DNA of 64,000 bases from Vicugna vicugna (Eukaryota), in contig MU058065.1 of NCBI GenBank assembly GCA_013265495.1, positions 8,473,819 through 8,537,818 on the forward strand. Direction: 5' to 3'. A program made the translations under genes and the position numbers. Below, piece after piece: positions 54,375 through 64,000 of this stretch (its first letter is position 1; every line of letters begins with the position of its first letter). A model generated the notes under the pieces. The model was not told the DNA's origin. It saw only the letters and a list, made by a program, of their open reading frames with translations, and did no database searches.

Positions 54375-55700
54375 TATGTTATCTATATTTACTGTATTAA
54401 AATTGAAATTGAGAAATTTAAGAAATATTTATAAATTCATTTTTAAAAGGGTAATAAAGACATTATGTGTTATAGATAATATTTTTAATGAAAAATAGCT
54501 ACATTTTAAAAGACAATAGCAAACAGTTTCCTTGCATTTATTTTACATTTTTACAAATCTCTTTAATGTATGGCTTAATAGAAAACAACTGAACTCTCAC
54601 ATCTGCTTCTGCATTCTACCTTTTGCAATATATTATTTTGGGTAAAACAGGTGAAGAAAATCTGCCTTCATGCAGGTGTACAGTTGGAAAAGGAAGGAGA
54701 ATTTTAATAGCCTTTTTGGAGAATCATGGATATTCTTCTTACATTCAACAAGTGGCAATTTCTTAAAGATTAGTTGCCAAATGGAATCTGAAACCATGTT
54801 AGTGAACTTTTTGTACTCTATTACGTTAAAATCCACTGGTCTCTGTTGCACTTTTACTGGATCTTTCACTCATAGGTGATTTTGTAACATCAGGCGTTAG
54901 TCTTTTGGAAAACTTTGGTTCACTGAATCAAAGACATCTTCTCACTGATGGCACACAATTCATTATACTATACCAAAAGATGACATTTGTTAATATCACC
55001 ACTGATCTCTTCAGAAAAATCTTTACATATTAGGAAACTGTCAAGCTCAAGGTGATAAGTACAACTTTTCCAAAATTCTAGTTTTCATTTAAAAACTCAG
55101 ATCTTATCATTGACAGCAAATACTGTCAGTTGTCATCAGCTGCTCGAAGTGGCAGTCACACTTTGTTCATTTTTGAAAAAAAAGAGTCTGCCAAATACCC
55201 AAGGGTTAATAACTGTAGTCTGTCAATCATTCCTGTAAGTTAAAAATGGTGCTTCATTAAAAATGTGACTAGGTCAGTTCGCACTCAAGCACACATTTTT
55301 TTCCTTGAGACAGCCATGCAGCAAAAGGGCTTAAGGTATAATTCCTACTTCATCACACAGGATATTAAAAAAATGTGTACTCAGTAGTTGAGATTAATAT
55401 GATTAATACTTTTTACTGCTTCATCAAGGACACTCTAAAGTGAAACAGCCCCCCGCCCCAATCTGGTGAAGAATATTGTGACTACTAGTATCATGATCAC
55501 AGCTTCCCATTTGTGTTCCTGCTGTGATTTATGCCAAGGCTTCAGCTGATTTTCGCACCATTGCTTTGGTGCCATGAGTACAAGTGTGTCAACACAGTGA
55601 AAAAGACAAAATAACGACTTCGTATGGTTACAGAAACAATTTTGACCTCACAAATCCCCTGAAAATGTCTGAAATGTGCCCAAGGTTTTGCCAACCGTGC
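54375..55700. mobile_element. Charlie1-like hAT transposon remnant
   Basis: CAAATCTCTTTAATGT..GGCTTAATAGAA and CATCTGCTTCTGCATTC motifs; degenerate transposase-like ORF at 54633-54869. Confidence 0.6.
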
Positions 55701-55740
55701 TGCGACTAATATAGGTAATACCTTCAAAAAGTTTGCTTGT

Positions 55741-55871
55741 GGAGGGGAGGGTATAGCTCAGTAGTAGAGCATGTGCTTAGTATGCACAAAGGTTCAATTC
55801 CCAGTACCTCCATTAAATAATAAACAAACAAACCAAATTACCTGACCCCCACCCCAAAAGAAGACCTGATG
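55741..55871 (+). mobile_element. Vic-1-like SINE
   Basis: GGGGAGGGTATAGCTCAGTAGTAGAG head; TSD AAAAAGT(T/G)TGCTTGT at 55726-55740 and 55872-55886. Confidence 0.85.
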
Positions 55872-58221
55872 AAAAAGTGTGCTTGTAAAGGGAAGGAGGG
55901 ATGATGATAGCCATGGTGAGTTGCAAAATAAGGAGAGAGTTTCAGCCTCTGCCTGATAGCTCGTAGCATCCCTAGGCCATGGTTTCCAAGATATTCCGAT
56001 TGCTCCAGCTAATCACCAGTATCCCTTTGGGGACAGAACTTTCACACTAGGCCACTGGTGAACTGCCTAGAGCTGCTTATTGGTGAGTTGCCTTCTTGTA
56101 AGTGAAAGTTCCTGGGATAGAGTCAGGAGGGTCAGAATGTAGCTGTACTTTTAAAAGGAACCACCCAGAGCTCCCACAGTGTCCCTCAACATCTCTGGTG
56201 AAGAGAATGCAGCACTTGGCAGACCCTTCAAAGGCCTTGTGATATACTGTACACTCATTTTACAAATTAAACCAAGAGCCAAAGAGGTTCAGTAATTTGC
56301 CTGAGGCCATGCATAGGTCGTGATACTGGGATACAAACCCAAGTCTACTGATTTAAAATCTCTGTGATCTTTAATAAGCAGAGCTGAAAGTAAACAGATA
56401 ACTGAGCTAAAAGTGGTTGTAACCCACATAGATAAAGCAGATACAAGTTGCTAGTTTCCAATAGTGTTTATTGATTGCTAGAACACCTGTTAATGACTTA
56501 GTACTTCAAGTTCATTCATCAAATGGATTCCGTTAAAATGAAAATTAAGAAGAATCTAAAGAGACTTCCGGGCAAGATGGCGGAGTAGAAGGACTCTTGT
56601 AAGTTACCCTCTCCCACAAATACACCAAGACCCACATCTACAGACCCACTCAGCCAACCAGAGCACCTGCGGAACTCCAACAGATCATCGCCCTCTTCAA
56701 AAGATAAAGACGCCAAAAATCTGGTAGGAGAAAAGGAAAAAAGAAAGAACAAAAGGCAAAGCAGCGCGGGACGGGTCCCGCGGGGAGGGAGCGGCAAAGG
56801 AGGACTGGCGCTTGCTCGCTGGGTCTCCCCTCTCCAACTGAGAGGCCAGCGGGACGGAGGGGGAGCCTCCGAGGCTCGGATCTGTACAGAGCAGCCCTTG
56901 TCTGACAGAACTAAGTTAAACGGGCACAGAGCGTCCCCCCGACACCCAGCCTGAGACGCGGGCCGGCAGCGGCGGGCAGGGCCAGGCTGCACAAGCCGGG
57001 CGGAGGACGGGGGCGGCTGCACGGAGGCAGCTCCGGGGGACTGCAAGGGGCTGGGCGCCGGGGCTGTGGGTGTACAGGACAGAACAACCTGGGCCCTCCA
57101 TAAAACAGCAAGGTTGATGTGCTCTCGGGGGAAGGGTGCATACCCCCATCTCTGAAAACCCGCGGAAACTTTTCAGGGGAAGAGGGGCGGGGCCCAGGCA
57201 GAGCCGCCATATTCTCCGGCGCTTAGCACCCAGGCGGGGGCAGAGGCGAAACCTGCGTCCGCACCGAAGGGCTTAGCAGCCTCAAGGGCCAGACTGAGAC
57301 GGGCCTACAGCCCTGGGCAGATAGGATCCTTCCATTCTGGTCCCCCAGAGAACTTGCTCCACAAAGACAAACAAGCAGCTGGGTCTTGGCTCGGAGCAGG
57401 GACGAGGCTGCCCCTCGGTCTTCCCCGAGCCCACCCGCGGAGCGCGACCAGGGCGGAGCGCCGACCGGGGCGGAGCGCGACCAGGGCGGAGCGCCGGCGC
57501 AGAGCGCGCAGCCGCACAGAGCAGCGGAGCTACCGGCGGCGCAGGCAGGGGGAGAGCGGCCCCCCGCCTGTCGGGCAGGAACACAACCCCTGACCGAGGT
57601 GCTGGGAGGGGGCACGACCCGCCCTCCTGCCTGGCCAGTCTGCAACATCTGACTGCGGCATCCGGAGGGGCAGTGACCCGCCCGCCCGCAGCAGAGGAGA
57701 GCTGCATCTGACCCCGTGTTAGGAGGAGGCGCGATCTGCTTGCCGACAGGTGCTGGGAGCAGCACAGAAGAGGGCGCCAACGGAGGGCCTATGAAAACAA
57801 GCTGAGCTTCCAAAACAGGATGAAGACAGAAGGACATCACATTAAAAGCACACACACTCCAGGAGAACACCGACAACCCCCCCTTTATTTTTTTGCTTGT
57901 TTGTTTTTTTGTTTTTGTTTTTGTTTTTGTTTTGTTTTTTTTTTAATCTGTTTTTACCTGTTCTATTTTCAATTACTCTCTTAATTTTTACTTCTTAATT
58001 CATTTCTATTTCTCTTGGGTTTTGATGTCCTGTTATTGATTAGACACAGGCTTCAAACACATATATTCATCTCCCCCCCCCCCTTTTTTTTTTTAAGGTT
58101 TTAAAAGGACTTCTCCACCCGATTAATACTCTGCTTCAACCCGCTCTTCTATTATTCATTATACATTGTTTTCAAACCCTCTTTCTCCCTTCTTTTAAAA
58201 ATCTTTCTCTCTCTCTTATTC

Positions 58222-58253
<32 letters not shown>

Positions 58254-58348
58254 CCTAAGTTCTATTCCTAAATAGGCATTAGATAGATAAAATCCTTAAG
58301 ATCCAAAATAGACAACTGATACTCCATAAACCACAGTGCCAGAGAGGT

Positions 58349-59251
58349 ATGAGCAAGATGAAGAAGCAGAGAAACCTTTCCCAATTAAAAGAACAAGAGG
58401 AATCCCCTGAAAGAAAGCTCAATGAAATAGACATCGATAGCCTACTAGATCAAGATTTCAAAAAAGGAGTGATCAAATTGCTGAAGGAATTAAAAGAGAT
58501 AATGCTTAGAGAAATAAAATATGTCAAAAATGAAATTGAAGCTATAAAGAAGAGCCAAGCAAAATGGGAAAACTCATTGACAGAGATGAGGAATGATCTA
58601 ACAGCTGTGCAAAGCCGACTAGTTAATGCAGAGGAACGAATTAGTGATCTAGAAGACAGGGCAACAGAAAGCACCCATTCAGAAGAACTACAAGATAAGC
58701 AAATAAAAAATAATGATAATAGCATAAGGGACCTATGGGATAATATAAAGCGTCCCAATCTTCGCATAATAGGGGTCCCAGAAGGGGAAGAAGGATCAAA
58801 GGGGATTGAAAAGGTTTTTGAAGAAATCATGACTGAAAACTTCCCAAACTTAAAGAAGGAATCAGATATCCAAGTACAGGAAGCTCAGAGGGTCCCAAAC
58901 AGGAAGAACCCAAATAGACCCACACCAAGACATATCATAATCAAGATGGCCAGAGTCAAGGATAAAGAAATGATTCTAAAGGCAGCAAGAGAAAAGCAAA
59001 GAGTGAACTACAAGGGAACCCCCATAAGGCTCTCAGCTGATTTCTCTACACAAACACTACAGGCCAGAAGGGAGTGGCAAGATATATTCAAAGCCCTGAA
59101 TGAAAAAAAGATGCAGCCTAGGATACTTTATCCAGCAAGGCTATCCTTTAGGATAGAAGGAGAAATAAAGAGTTTCACAGACAAAAAAAAGCTGCAGGAG
59201 TTTAGCAACACTAAACCCATGCTAAAAGAAATATTGAAAGGGCTATTCTAA
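58349..59251 (+). CDS. L1 ORF1p (300 aa; coiled coil, RRM, CTD)
   Basis: Conserved motifs WDNIKRPNLRIIGVPE, ARREW and YPARLSF. Confidence 0.95.
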   Translation: MSKMKKQRNLSQLKEQEESPERKLNEIDIDSLLDQDFKKGVIKLLKELKEIMLREIKYVKNEIEAIKKSQAKWENSLTEMRNDLTAVQSRLVNAEERISDLEDRATESTHSEELQDKQIKNNDNSIRDLWDNIKRPNLRIIGVPEGEEGSKGIEKVFEEIMTENFPNLKKESDIQVQEAQRVPNRKNPNRPTPRHIIIKMARVKDKEMILKAAREKQRVNYKGTPIRLSADFSTQTLQARREWQDIFKALNEKKMQPRILYPARLSFRIEGEIKSFTDKKKLQEFSNTKPMLKEILKGLF

Positions 59252-59648
59252 ATAGAAAAGCAGCAGGATGCTACAGAAATGAGAAACGTACAACTGGAAA
59301 GGTGATAACTCATGAATTACAAATAAAGAAAACACGAAATTATAAAAGAAGACATACAAATCACTGAGAGTGGGAGAGGGAGGCAGGGAAATATAGAATT
59401 TTTTTTCTTTCTTTTTTAAATTTTTTTAACAGTAGGATGGGTTTGAGATCATGTTATTATCAGTTTATTAAAAACGGGTATAGGTTAATAGATTTACAAA
59501 AAAGGGTAACCACAAGTCAAAAATTTACAAGGGAGTCACAAAAATTAAATAAAATCCATGATAATACAAAGGAAAATTACCAAACCACAAAAGGAAGAAG
59601 AAAGGAACAAAGAGGATATACCAATTCAACTGCAAAGATAAGTTCAAA

Positions 59649-62600
59649 ATGGCAATAAACACACATCTATCATTAATTACTGTAAATGTTAATGGACTAA
59701 ATGCTCCAGTCAAAAGACATAGAGTGGCAGACTGGATAATAAAGCAAGAACCTTCAATATGCTGCATACAAGAGACCCACTTTAGGGAGAAGGACACATA
59801 TAGATTGAGAGTGAAAGGATGGAAAAGGATATTCCATGCAAATGGAAAAGCCAAAAAAGCAGGTGTTGCAGTACTGATTTCAGACAAAATAGACTTTAAA
59901 ACAAAGGCCATAAAGAAAGATAAAGAAGGACATTTTATAATGATTAAAGGAGTGATACAAGATGAAGATATTACACTCGTTAATATATATGCACCCAATA
60001 TAGGAGCACCTAAGTACATACAAGAATTACTAACAGAGATAAAGGGGGATATTGATGGGAATACAATCATAGTTGGAGATTTTAACACTGCATTAACATC
60101 ACTAGACAGATCTTCCAGACAGAAAATAAACAAGGCAACAGAGAAATTAAATACTACAATAGAAAAACTAGATTTGGTGGATATTTTCAGAGCATTACAC
60201 CCCCAAAAAATAGAATATACATTCTTTTCAAGTGCACATGGAACATTTTCCAGGATCGATCATGTACTTGGACACAAAAGAAACCTCAACAAATTTAAGA
60301 AGATAGAAATTATCTCAAGCATCTTTACTGACCACAATGCCATGAAACTGGAAATCAACAACAGAGAAACAAAGGAGAAAAAAAGAAAAGCATGGAGATT
60401 AAACAATATGTTATTGAAAAAACAATGGATCAATGAGGAAATCAAAGCTGAAATTAAAAAATACCTTGAGACAAATGATAATGAAAGCACAACCACTCAA
60501 AACCTATGGGACACAGCAAAGGCAGTGCTAAGAGGGAAGTTTATAGCGATACAGGCCTTCCTCAAAAAAGAAGAACAATCTCAAATAAACAAGTTAACCC
60601 ACCACCTGAATCAATTAGAAAAAGAAGAACAAAAAGCCCCAAAAAGCAGCAGAAGGAAGGAAATAATAAAGATCAGAGAGGAATTAAATACAATAGAGAT
60701 TAACAAGACCATAGAAAAAATCAACCAAACCAAAAGCTGGTTTTTTGAAAAAGTAAATAAAATCGACAAACCTCTGGCCAAACTCACAAAGAAGAAAAAA
60801 GAGAGAGCACAAATTAGCAAAATAAGAAAGGAAAATGGAGAAATTACAACAAACAAAATAGAAATACAGAATATCATACGAGAATATTATGAAAAACTAT
60901 ATGGAACCAAACTGGATAACCTAGAGGAGATGGACAAGTTTCTGGAAACATACTGTCCACCAAAACTGAATCAAGAAGAAACTGAACACTTGAACAATCC
61001 GATCACTAGAAAGGAAATAGAAATAGCAATTAAAAACCTCCCTACAAATAAAAGTCCAGGACCGGACGGCTTCACCGGGGAATTCTACCAAACATACAAA
61101 GAAGAACTCATACCAGTCCTTCTCAAACTCTTCCAGACGATTGAAAAGGAGGGAATACTCCCAAACTCATTCTATGAAGCCACCATCACCCTGATACCAA
61201 AACCAGGCAAAGACACTACAAAAAAAGAGAATTATAGGCCAATATCACTGATGAACATAGACGCCAAAATCCTCACCAAAATTTTAGCAAATAGAATCCA
61301 ACAACACATAAAAAAGATTATACATCATGACCAAGTGGGGTTCATCCCAGGGACACAAGGCTGGTTCAACATACGCAAATCAATCAATGTAATACATCAC
61401 ATCAACAAGAGAAAGGACAAAAACCACATGATCATCTCAATCGATGCAGAAAAAGCATTTGATAAAATTCAACACCCATTTATGATAAAAACTCTCGCCA
61501 AAGTGGGTATAGAGGGAACATATCTCAACATAATAAAAGCTATATATGACAAACCTATAGCCAGCATAGTTCTCAACGGTGAAAAACTCAAAAGCTTCCC
61601 ACTAAAATCTGGGACAAGACAAGGATGCCCACTATCACCACTCCTATTCAATATAGTCCTGGAAGTCCTAGCCACAGCAATCAGGCAAGAGAAAGAAATA
61701 AAAGGGATCCAAATTGGAAAAGAAGAGGTAAAAGTGTCATTATATGCTGACGACATGTTACTATATATAGAAAACCCTAAAAGGTCCACAAAAAAGCTAC
61801 TAGAGCTGATCGAAGAATTCAGCAAGGTAGCAGGTTACAAAATTAATGTTCAAAAATCAGTTGCCTTTCTTTACACTAACGATAAATCAACAGAAAAAGA
61901 AAGTAAAGAAACAATCCCCTTTAAAATAGCACCCAAAGTAATAAAATATCTGGGAATAAATCTAACCAAGGAGGTGAAAGAATTATACACAGAAAACTAT
62001 AAACCATTGATGAAGGAAATTAAAGAAGACTTTAAAAAATGGAAAGATATTCCATGCTCTTGGATTGGAAGAATCAATATTGTTAAAATGGTCACACTGC
62101 CCAAGGCAATCTACAGATTTAATGCAATCCCTATCCAATTACCCAGGACATATTTCACAGAACTAGAACAAATCATAATAAAATTTATATGGAACCATCA
62201 AAGACCTAGAATTGCTAAAGCATTACTGAAGAGAAAGAAAGAGGCTGGAGGAATAACTCTCCCAGACTTCAGACAATACTATAGAGCTACAGTCATCAAG
62301 ACAGCATGGTATTGGTACCAAAACAGACATATAGACCAATGGAACAGAATAGAGAGCCCAGAAATGAACCCACAAACTTTTGGTCAACTCATCTTCGACA
62401 AAGGAGGCAAGAATATACAATGGAATAAAGACAGTCTCTTCAGCAAATGGTGTTGGGAAAACTGGACAGCAGCATGTAAAACAATGAAGCTAGAACACAC
62501 CCTTACACCATATACAAAAATCAACTCAAAATGGATTAAAGACTTAAACATAAGACAAGATACAATAAACCTCCTAGAGGAAAACATAGGCAAAACATTA

Positions 62601-63446
62601 TCTGACATACATTTCAAAAATTTTCTCCTAGAAGAAATAAAAGCAAGAATAAACAAATGGGACCTAATGAAACTTACAAGCTTCTGCAGAGCAAAGGAAA
62701 CCAGAAATAAAACAAGAAGAAAACCTACGGAATGGGAGAAAATTTTTGCAAGTGAAACCGACAAAGGCTTGATCTCCAAAATATATAAGCAGCTCATACG
62801 ACTCAATAAGAAAAAAATAAACAACCCAATCCAAAAATGGGCAGAAGACCTAAACAAGCAATTCTCCAAGGAAGACATACAAATGATCAAAAAGCACATG
62901 AAAAAATGTTCAATATCACTAATTATCAGAGAAATGCAAATCAAAACTACAATGAGGTATCACCTCACACCAGTCAGAATGGCCGTCATTCAAAAATCCA
63001 AAAATGACAAATGCTGGAGAGGCTGTGGAGAAAGGGGAACCCTCCTACACTGCTGGTGGGAATGCAGTTTGGTGCAGCCACTATGGAAAACAGTGTGGAG
63101 ATTCCTCAAAAGACTAGGAATAGACTTACCATATGACCCAGGAATCCCACTCCTGGGCTTGTACCCAGAAGGAAATCTACTTCAGGATGACACCTGCACC
63201 CCAATGTTCATAGCAGCACTATTTACAATAGCCAAAACATGGAAACAACCTAAATGTCCATCAACAGGTGACTGGATAAAGAAGAAGTGGTATATTTATA
63301 CAATGGAATACTACTCAGCCATAAAAACCGACAACATAATGCCATTTGCAGCAACATGGATGCTCCTAGAGAATGTCATTCTAAGTGAAGTAAGCCAGAA
63401 AGAGAAAAAAAAATACCATATGAGATCGCTCATATGTGGAATCTAA
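59649..63446 (+). CDS. L1 ORF2p (1265 aa; APE endonuclease, reverse transcriptase, C-terminal CCHC)
   Basis: EN motifs NVNGLN, QETH, GDFN, TDH; RT motifs QGCPLSP and YADD; C-terminal [18 protein letters not shown]. Confidence 0.97.
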   Translation: MAINTHLSLITVNVNGLNAPVKRHRVADWIIKQEPSICCIQETHFREKDTYRLRVKGWKRIFHANGKAKKAGVAVLISDKIDFKTKAIKKDKEGHFIMIKGVIQDEDITLVNIYAPNIGAPKYIQELLTEIKGDIDGNTIIVGDFNTALTSLDRSSRQKINKATEKLNTTIEKLDLVDIFRALHPQKIEYTFFSSAHGTFSRIDHVLGHKRNLNKFKKIEIISSIFTDHNAMKLEINNRETKEKKRKAWRLNNMLLKKQWINEEIKAEIKKYLETNDNESTTTQNLWDTAKAVLRGKFIAIQAFLKKEEQSQINKLTHHLNQLEKEEQKAPKSSRRKEIIKIREELNTIEINKTIEKINQTKSWFFEKVNKIDKPLAKLTKKKKERAQISKIRKENGEITTNKIEIQNIIREYYEKLYGTKLDNLEEMDKFLETYCPPKLNQEETEHLNNPITRKEIEIAIKNLPTNKSPGPDGFTGEFYQTYKEELIPVLLKLFQTIEKEGILPNSFYEATITLIPKPGKDTTKKENYRPISLMNIDAKILTKILANRIQQHIKKIIHHDQVGFIPGTQGWFNIRKSINVIHHINKRKDKNHMIISIDAEKAFDKIQHPFMIKTLAKVGIEGTYLNIIKAIYDKPIASIVLNGEKLKSFPLKSGTRQGCPLSPLLFNIVLEVLATAIRQEKEIKGIQIGKEEVKVSLYADDMLLYIENPKRSTKKLLELIEEFSKVAGYKINVQKSVAFLYTNDKSTEKESKETIPFKIAPKVIKYLGINLTKEVKELYTENYKPLMKEIKEDFKKWKDIPCSWIGRINIVKMVTLPKAIYRFNAIPIQLPRTYFTELEQIIIKFIWNHQRPRIAKALLKRKKEAGGITLPDFRQYYRATVIKTAWYWYQNRHIDQWNRIESPEMNPQTFGQLIFDKGGKNIQWNKDSLFSKWCWENWTAACKTMKLEHTLTPYTKINSKWIKDLNIRQDTINLLEENIGKTLSDIHFKNFLLEEIKARINKWDLMKLTSFCRAKETRNKTRRKPTEWEKIFASETDKGLISKIYKQLIRLNKKKINNPIQKWAEDLNKQFSKEDIQMIKKHMKKCSISLIIREMQIKTTMRYHLTPVRMAVIQKSKNDKCWRGCGERGTLLHCWWECSLVQPLWKTVWRFLKRLGIDLPYDPGIPLLGLYPEGNLLQDDTCTPMFIAALFTIAKTWKQPKCPSTGDWIKKKWYIYTMEYYSAIKTDNIMPFAATWMLLENVILSEVSQKEKKKYHMRSLICGI

Positions 63447-64000
63447 AAAACAAAAACAAACAAACAAACAAAAACAAAGCATAAATACAGGACAGAAATA
63501 GACTCATGGACAGAGAATACAGACTTGTGGTTACCGGGGGGATAGAGGGTGGGAAGGGATAGACTGGGATTTCAAAATTGTAGAATAGATAAACAAGATT
63601 ACACTGTATAGCACAGGGAAATATACACAAAATGTTATGATAAATCACAGAGAAAAAAATGTGACAATGAGTGTGTATATGTCCATGAATGACTGAGAAA
63701 TTGTGCTGAACACTGGAATTTGACACAACACTGTAAAAGGATTATGAATCAATAAAAAATGTTAAAAAAAAAGAAGAATCTAAAGAAGTTATAATAGTGT
63801 CTAGTTAATTTGGTAATTATAAAAATTTTAGTAGTTCATTTTACCTCCATGTTGAGCTCCAAAATTAACTCAGGCATCTTGAAGATTTGTGTCTTTTACC
63901 TAGCAGATAGTTTCAGTTCAATTTAGTATTTTTCACGGTGCCTAGTCTGTTGTCAAAAACGCTGTTACTAGGAGCTGGGCAATGCAAAATTCCTTTTTTG

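Larger units (their letters stand above)
56563..63770 (+). mobile_element. Full-length LINE-1 (~7.2 kb) with intact ORF1 and ORF2, in PECR intron 6, sense orientation
   Basis: CpG-rich 5'UTR with YY1-like CAAGATGGCGG (56573-56583), two open ORFs, 3'UTR, AATAAA and A tail. Identical 16-bp TSD AAGAAGAATCTAAAGA at 56547-56562 and 63771-63786, after a TT|AAGA endonuclease-type site. Confidence 0.97.

Noticed and set aside
55741..55805. tRNA-like sequences as real tRNA genes
   Set aside because: They are SINE heads with SINE tails and TSDs, without a complete cloverleaf.
56519..57876. Long antisense ORFs (175 and 217 aa) in the L1 5'UTR as an ORF0 analogue
   Set aside because: The sequence is GC-rich and stop-poor, the 217-aa frame starts at TTG, and no domain is recognisable; expected by chance.
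59525..62944. Several minus-strand ORFs (up to 202 aa) opposite L1 ORF2
   Set aside because: Shadow frames caused by the A-rich codon bias of L1.

Overview
Mammalian genomic DNA, most likely a camelid given several tRNA-derived Vic-1-type SINEs and no bovid BovB/Bov-A2 elements. The window is the XRCC5-TMEM169-PECR locus. XRCC5/Ku80 (minus strand) has coding exons 1-5 here, and its intron 3 is U12-type. TMEM169 (minus strand) has a complete 297-aa CDS in two exons and sits head-to-head with PECR. PECR (plus strand) has exons 1-6 here, and its intron 3 has a GC donor. PECR introns contain a full-length LINE-1 with both ORFs intact and a perfect TSD (sense, intron 6), a decayed TRIM75-like retrocopy split by an ERV1 solo LTR, a tailless 5S rRNA retrofragment, and a 344-bp mini-L1. 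The mini-L1 joins an L1 5' end directly to an L1 3' end at positions matching a GT donor and an AG acceptor in the full-length L1, so it is probably a retrotransposed spliced L1 RNA. Other oddities: a perfect 463-bp tandem duplication in XRCC5 intron 1, a probable L1 3' transduction, a target site reused by serial insertions beside PECR exon 3, and a long L1 inter-ORF spacer with its own ORF and splice acceptor. Gene and repeat-family names come from recall of known sequences, not database searches.
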